Origin: Antedon mediterranea
Taxonomy: Eukaryota; Animalia; Echinodermata
NCBI RefSeq assembly: GCF_964355755.1
Contig: NC_092675.1
Coordinates: 28,926,912 to 28,990,911 of the forward strand
Direction of reading: 5' to 3'
Length of the DNA stretch: 64,000 nt
Shown: piece by piece, positions 59,831 to 64,000 of the stretch
Numbering within the stretch: position 1 is the stretch's first letter
How the letters are laid out: each line of letters starts with the position of its first letter
Notes under the pieces: model-generated
The model's input: only the letters and a program-made list of their open reading frames with translations
What the model was told of the DNA's origin: nothing
Database searches by the model: none
Made by a program: the position numbers and the translations under genes

Positions 59831-62800
59831 TTAAAATGTAGATAAAGCATTTATTAATTTCTGAACCATAATTTTAATCTGTTCCTCTGTCATATACTCT
59901 GACATTGATATGGCATTCATTAGTACAATTGTCTCTTCTGGTTTAGCTGCATTCACCCATATACGCCCATTCATTCCAGCCATTACTTCAAACTTGATAT
60001 GCTGTCCTAAGCCCTTTATCAGATTACACTCCTTACTCAGAATTCTGTAATAAATTATTAGCAATTAAAAATATATTAAAGACTTTTATTTGTATTTATT
60101 TCTTTTTAATTAATGCTGAAAAAATAATTATTAAAAAACAATTATTGCCAGCATTCCAGATTTGTTTTTAAAATTTTATTTTTAAAACCAAAAACAGCAG
60201 AAACAAATCAACCACTTACAGCCTGGTGTAAAAGAAACATAGACAATTACAACAATTCAGAAACACTAAAAACCAGTCTTTTGGAATAAAAATACCTGGA
60301 TTGTTTTAGGAAAAATACACTGTAATTAGCCTAACTAATGAATACCATACAAATAATGAAGGTGTGAACTCATTTAGAGGCTTAGTACTGCATTGTATTC
60401 AATAAAAGGACACATTGTATATACTGTAATGCATAACTAAATTTTAACTAAATTTATCTTCTCCATGATGATTGTGTCCAGTTACTTTGCCTTTTACCAA
60501 TATCTTAATTGCGAATTTTATACTATAGCCAATGTATATATATAATACCATAAATCTTCTAAGAATAATTTTTATGAACCTTTATTTAATTTGTTAGATG
60601 GATATCTTTGTTGTTTTTGTTTGTTGCTTTTAATTTAAATTTTTTTTTTTATTATGTTTTTCCTTTGTAATGTATTATATGATGAAATAAAAAAAAAATA
60701 AATAAAATAAAATAAATAAATCTTCTAATAGTAACCCACATTCTAATAGTAACCCACCTTATAAGTCAATCTAAAATAATAACCCACTACTCTAATAGTA
60801 ACTCCCATGGGTTACTATTAGAGTAGTGGGTGTAGTCACAAAAATGTATGATGAAACCGTATTTTGAAAATAAGCAGTTATAAAATAAAGTTAGAGTTCA
60901 ACCAAATTTGTTTATTCGTACTGTTTTATTATTTTGCTATTACATTAAATTTATTTACCCAGGGTAGCTCAAACAGGTAAAAACTGGTTTCCATTGGGGC
61001 CCTGCATTTTATGTTCTTTTTTTTATATTTTTTATTACGATGAGTTGCTGACCGGAAAAGTTGGGTGTAGGTTACTATTTTCAGATGCCTAATTCAGGAT
61101 TAGTAATAGTAACCCACTACTCTATTAATAATAATAATAGTAACCCACCCTAAAAACAATCAAAGAATAATAACCCAGGGTTACAATTAAAAGATTTACG
61201 TTAATAATGTCTCTACAGTGATTTTATTTCTACTTTTCTTTTGTTAAATTTCACTTTAAATATATTAGTTTTACTTGTACGTCTGATTTTGTTTATGTGA
61301 TCAAACCAGTGATATCAGTACTACGATACAGAAAGTGTCCATTTCACAATATAGACAGAAATAAATTAAATAAATTAATTATTTTTATGTGCATTTCTTG
61401 TAATCAAGGTCTGTTCTTTGAAAATGTGTCAATTGTGAGTGTAATTTAAGTTTTTCTATTGGCACAGTTGATCATTCTTTTGTGAAAATCTTTGCTTCTT
61501 ATTGTTGTTTTACCTGTTGTTTTACCTTGATTACTCATTGAAAGTAATTAGAATCACAGTTTGAAAGCTACAGTAACATACCAACAACCAAGTTACAGTG
61601 TCATAAAAAAAATTGAAAATTGATTAGAAAAGAACAACACAAAATCAAACCTTACTTTCTTACTAAGCCTAGAGAACATTTAAACATATAGCCACCCCGG
61701 TTTCTGTTGATCACCCCCAATCCATCACCTTTACCCCCGCCATCAATACACACCATTTCTGGTTCCATATCTTTGTTTGCTACCAGCAGTCTTCCATAAA
61801 CTATATCTCCAATCTAAAAAAAAAAAAAAACAATTTTAAGCATTGTTATTTTCCTATTACAGTATTTTCTATAATTCTATATTCTATAATTATGACTTTC
61901 TAAGATTTCTAATTTGATTAAGATTTTTTTGAGCTTGTCAACAAAACAAATGAAGATTCTGTATTCTATATTCATAATTTTTAATTAATATTTTTTAAAT
62001 AATTATAGACATATACTTTTTGTCGGTCTTGATGTATTTTATGTAAAGTGCCTTTGAGCATGGTTTTTCATGAAAAGGGCGCTATATAAATAAACTTTAT
62101 TTGTGAAAAATGTAAAAACATTAAACAAAATTGTCTTCCTTGAAAAAACATTTAAAATACACAAACCAACAGTGGTGTTGGTAGTCTATGAGTGCCGCTT
62201 ACCTGGATAAACCAACATAAGCCTCTCTCTCCGACGAGAGGTAAACATTACGAAAAGAATAACATTAATAACATTAATTTTTCCCCACCCCCGTCGGATA
62301 ATGGATCAGTCCGCCCTCAAGTGAGACACACCCACTTATCATCGTCATCATTTCTCAAGACCACCTGCCTGAGGGGACGGTAGGGAGGGCGTTTATCCAG
62401 GTAAGCGGCACTCATAGACTACCAACACCACTGTTGGTTTGTGTAGTCTATATCGTGCCTAGCTTACCTGGATAAACCAACATAAGCCAGTGTAGCACCG
62501 GACTAGAGTCTAGTCGGAGGCGGGAGGCAAGGTAAACATTGTCATACGTACCTAGTGCCTGGGCTTCAAGATTGAAGCTGCCACCGTAGACTGGTTTGCG
62601 GAGGTATCCGACAGGTATTGGGATGTGAAGGTGGACTGTGATCGCCACCATGCCGCTTGCAGGATGTCTGGAAGGGGCACCCCAGCAAACAGCGCCCATG
62701 AAGCGGCTATGCCACGCACTTGGTGCATATGTGCCGGAGGAGGCGTATTTGTGGAGTCGTAACCAGCCCGGATGGCTGCCACGACCCAGTTTGCCAGCGT

Positions 62801-63351
62801 CGACCGAGCAGCCGGTCGGAAGGGTGCAACAGTCGATACGAACAGATGTGACGCTGAGACCCGAATGGACTCTGTGCGTTTGATGTAAAACTTTAGTGCC
62901 CGCACTGGGCACCAAAATCTGTCTTCCTCAACCCCTGAACATGCAGCAATGGTGGGAATAAATACAGTCGGCGGCAAGAAGTTCAATGTCTGAGATTTTG
63001 CAAGGAAATCTTTCCTAAAAACTAACCGCGCGCCACCCCGTTCAAACCTGATGTGCCCTGGCTCCAGAGAAAGAGCGTGCAGTTCACCTCTGCGCTTGCA
63101 CGAGGCTAGTGCAATCAGAAAGGCAGTTTTGAGAGACAGGTAAGCTAGGCACGATATAGACTACAAAAACTGAGTTTCCATAGTTAGCACGTAATATCTA
63201 CCTGAACATTTGGTCGATTTCTTTTAGTTGCTCCTTCAAATGCCAAATACGATAAACTGGCTGGAACACTGCCTCCAATGTCCACAACAAACGTATCACC
63301 AGCTTTTTGAAGTACAATACCAATTACAAATTCTCCTTTTGTAGGAACATA
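59831..63351 (-). CDS. EXOSC3: Exosome complex component RRP40, last three coding exons (5' end outside the window)
   Basis: Exons: 63351-63202 ([31 protein letters not shown]), 61813-61656 ([22 protein letters not shown]) and 60044-59831 ([13 protein letters not shown]). GT-AG with consistent phase. Confidence 0.93.
62160..63167 (-). mobile_element. Internally deleted DIRS1-type tyrosine-recombinase retrotransposon in an EXOSC3 intron
   Basis: The frame 63139-62552 reads [23 protein letters not shown]...CPVRALKFY...HQVRG..ASWA....AAWW.S..TF..QY, the catalytic region of a DIRS tyrosine recombinase. 62161-62212 is inverted against ~62391-62442, and ~62444-62470 against ~63137-63163. Confidence 0.88.
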
Positions 63352-64000
63352 CTGAAAACAACAATATACAGTAGCATGGAAAATTAACATTGTTGATTGT
63401 TTGGAGGTTCATCCTTTCATTTATTTTTTTTGGTGATCTATTTTTTAATATTTAGTTACTATTTATTTGAATGCATGGCAAAATCAAATGTTGATTGATA
63501 TAAAGTTTGCAGTACACCATGTATATGTAGTCCTGTAAAGAACTGTTGAGGTTTCTCGACAGTTCAATCAATACACTTTGATCGTACTCTGGAGTACTTT
63601 TTCCAGAACTATATACATATGGTGTACTGCAAGTTGTTTTATTATTGTATCTGGTCTAAACAGATTTGAAAATCTAAAATTATTTTTACTATAAATATAT
63701 TGCTTTTCTTTTACCGATTCCTTATCAGGCTCGAAAGAATTGAATCTGGGATGATTGAATTTGAAAGGTAAATAAATGTTAATGAATGAAAAATGCAAGT
63801 TTGCAGGGAAAAATTTCATTTTAAAATTTTGTTTAGCAATATATTGCTAATCAAACTGATTTTTGAGTCGAGAAACATAGTTTTGTATTGTATTTTTTGC
63901 TACACAATTTAAAAAATCTGTAGCAAAAAGGTTGTTTTGTATAGCTTTTTGCTATGCTACACTGGCGAAATTATTCCCTGGTTTGTAATAAATAATACTA

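Noticed and set aside
60720-61160. Spaced short repeats (TAATAGTAACCCAC) superficially like a CRISPR array
   Set aside because: Eukaryotic intron, irregular spacing, mixed orientation and no cas genes. More likely internal repeats of a degraded transposon.
62448-62915. Alternative-frame ORFs (155 aa and 81 aa) within the DIRS element
   Set aside because: They are by-products of GC-rich recombinase coding sequence and show no motifs.

Overview
AT-rich animal (probably invertebrate) genomic DNA; the species cannot be determined from the sequence. Positions ~3.3-45.5 kb hold a head-to-tail array of 12 immunoglobulin-superfamily type I membrane receptor genes on the + strand (named g1-g12 here). 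Each has an uninterrupted coding region: signal peptide, three Ig-like domains, Thr-rich stalk, TM helix and a Tyr-motif-rich cytoplasmic tail. Seven look full-length, two have truncated tails and three are disabled. The genes are mosaics of four divergent ectodomain types (A-D) and three tail types (S1, S2, L). The swaps fall in or just after a ~120-bp segment that is nearly identical in all copies. One swap is visible as an apparently exact 3,965-bp tandem duplication that created a chimeric receptor. The array may sit antisense inside one intron of FGGY, whose first seven coding exons are at 46.0-50.0 kb and whose later exons were not found. The rest of the window holds UROD (+, complete, head-to-head with FGGY), the 3' exons of EXOSC3 (-), an internally deleted DIRS-type retroelement, and hAT, Kolobok-like, Harbinger-like, HINE-like and LINE remnants. 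All comparisons were made by eye.
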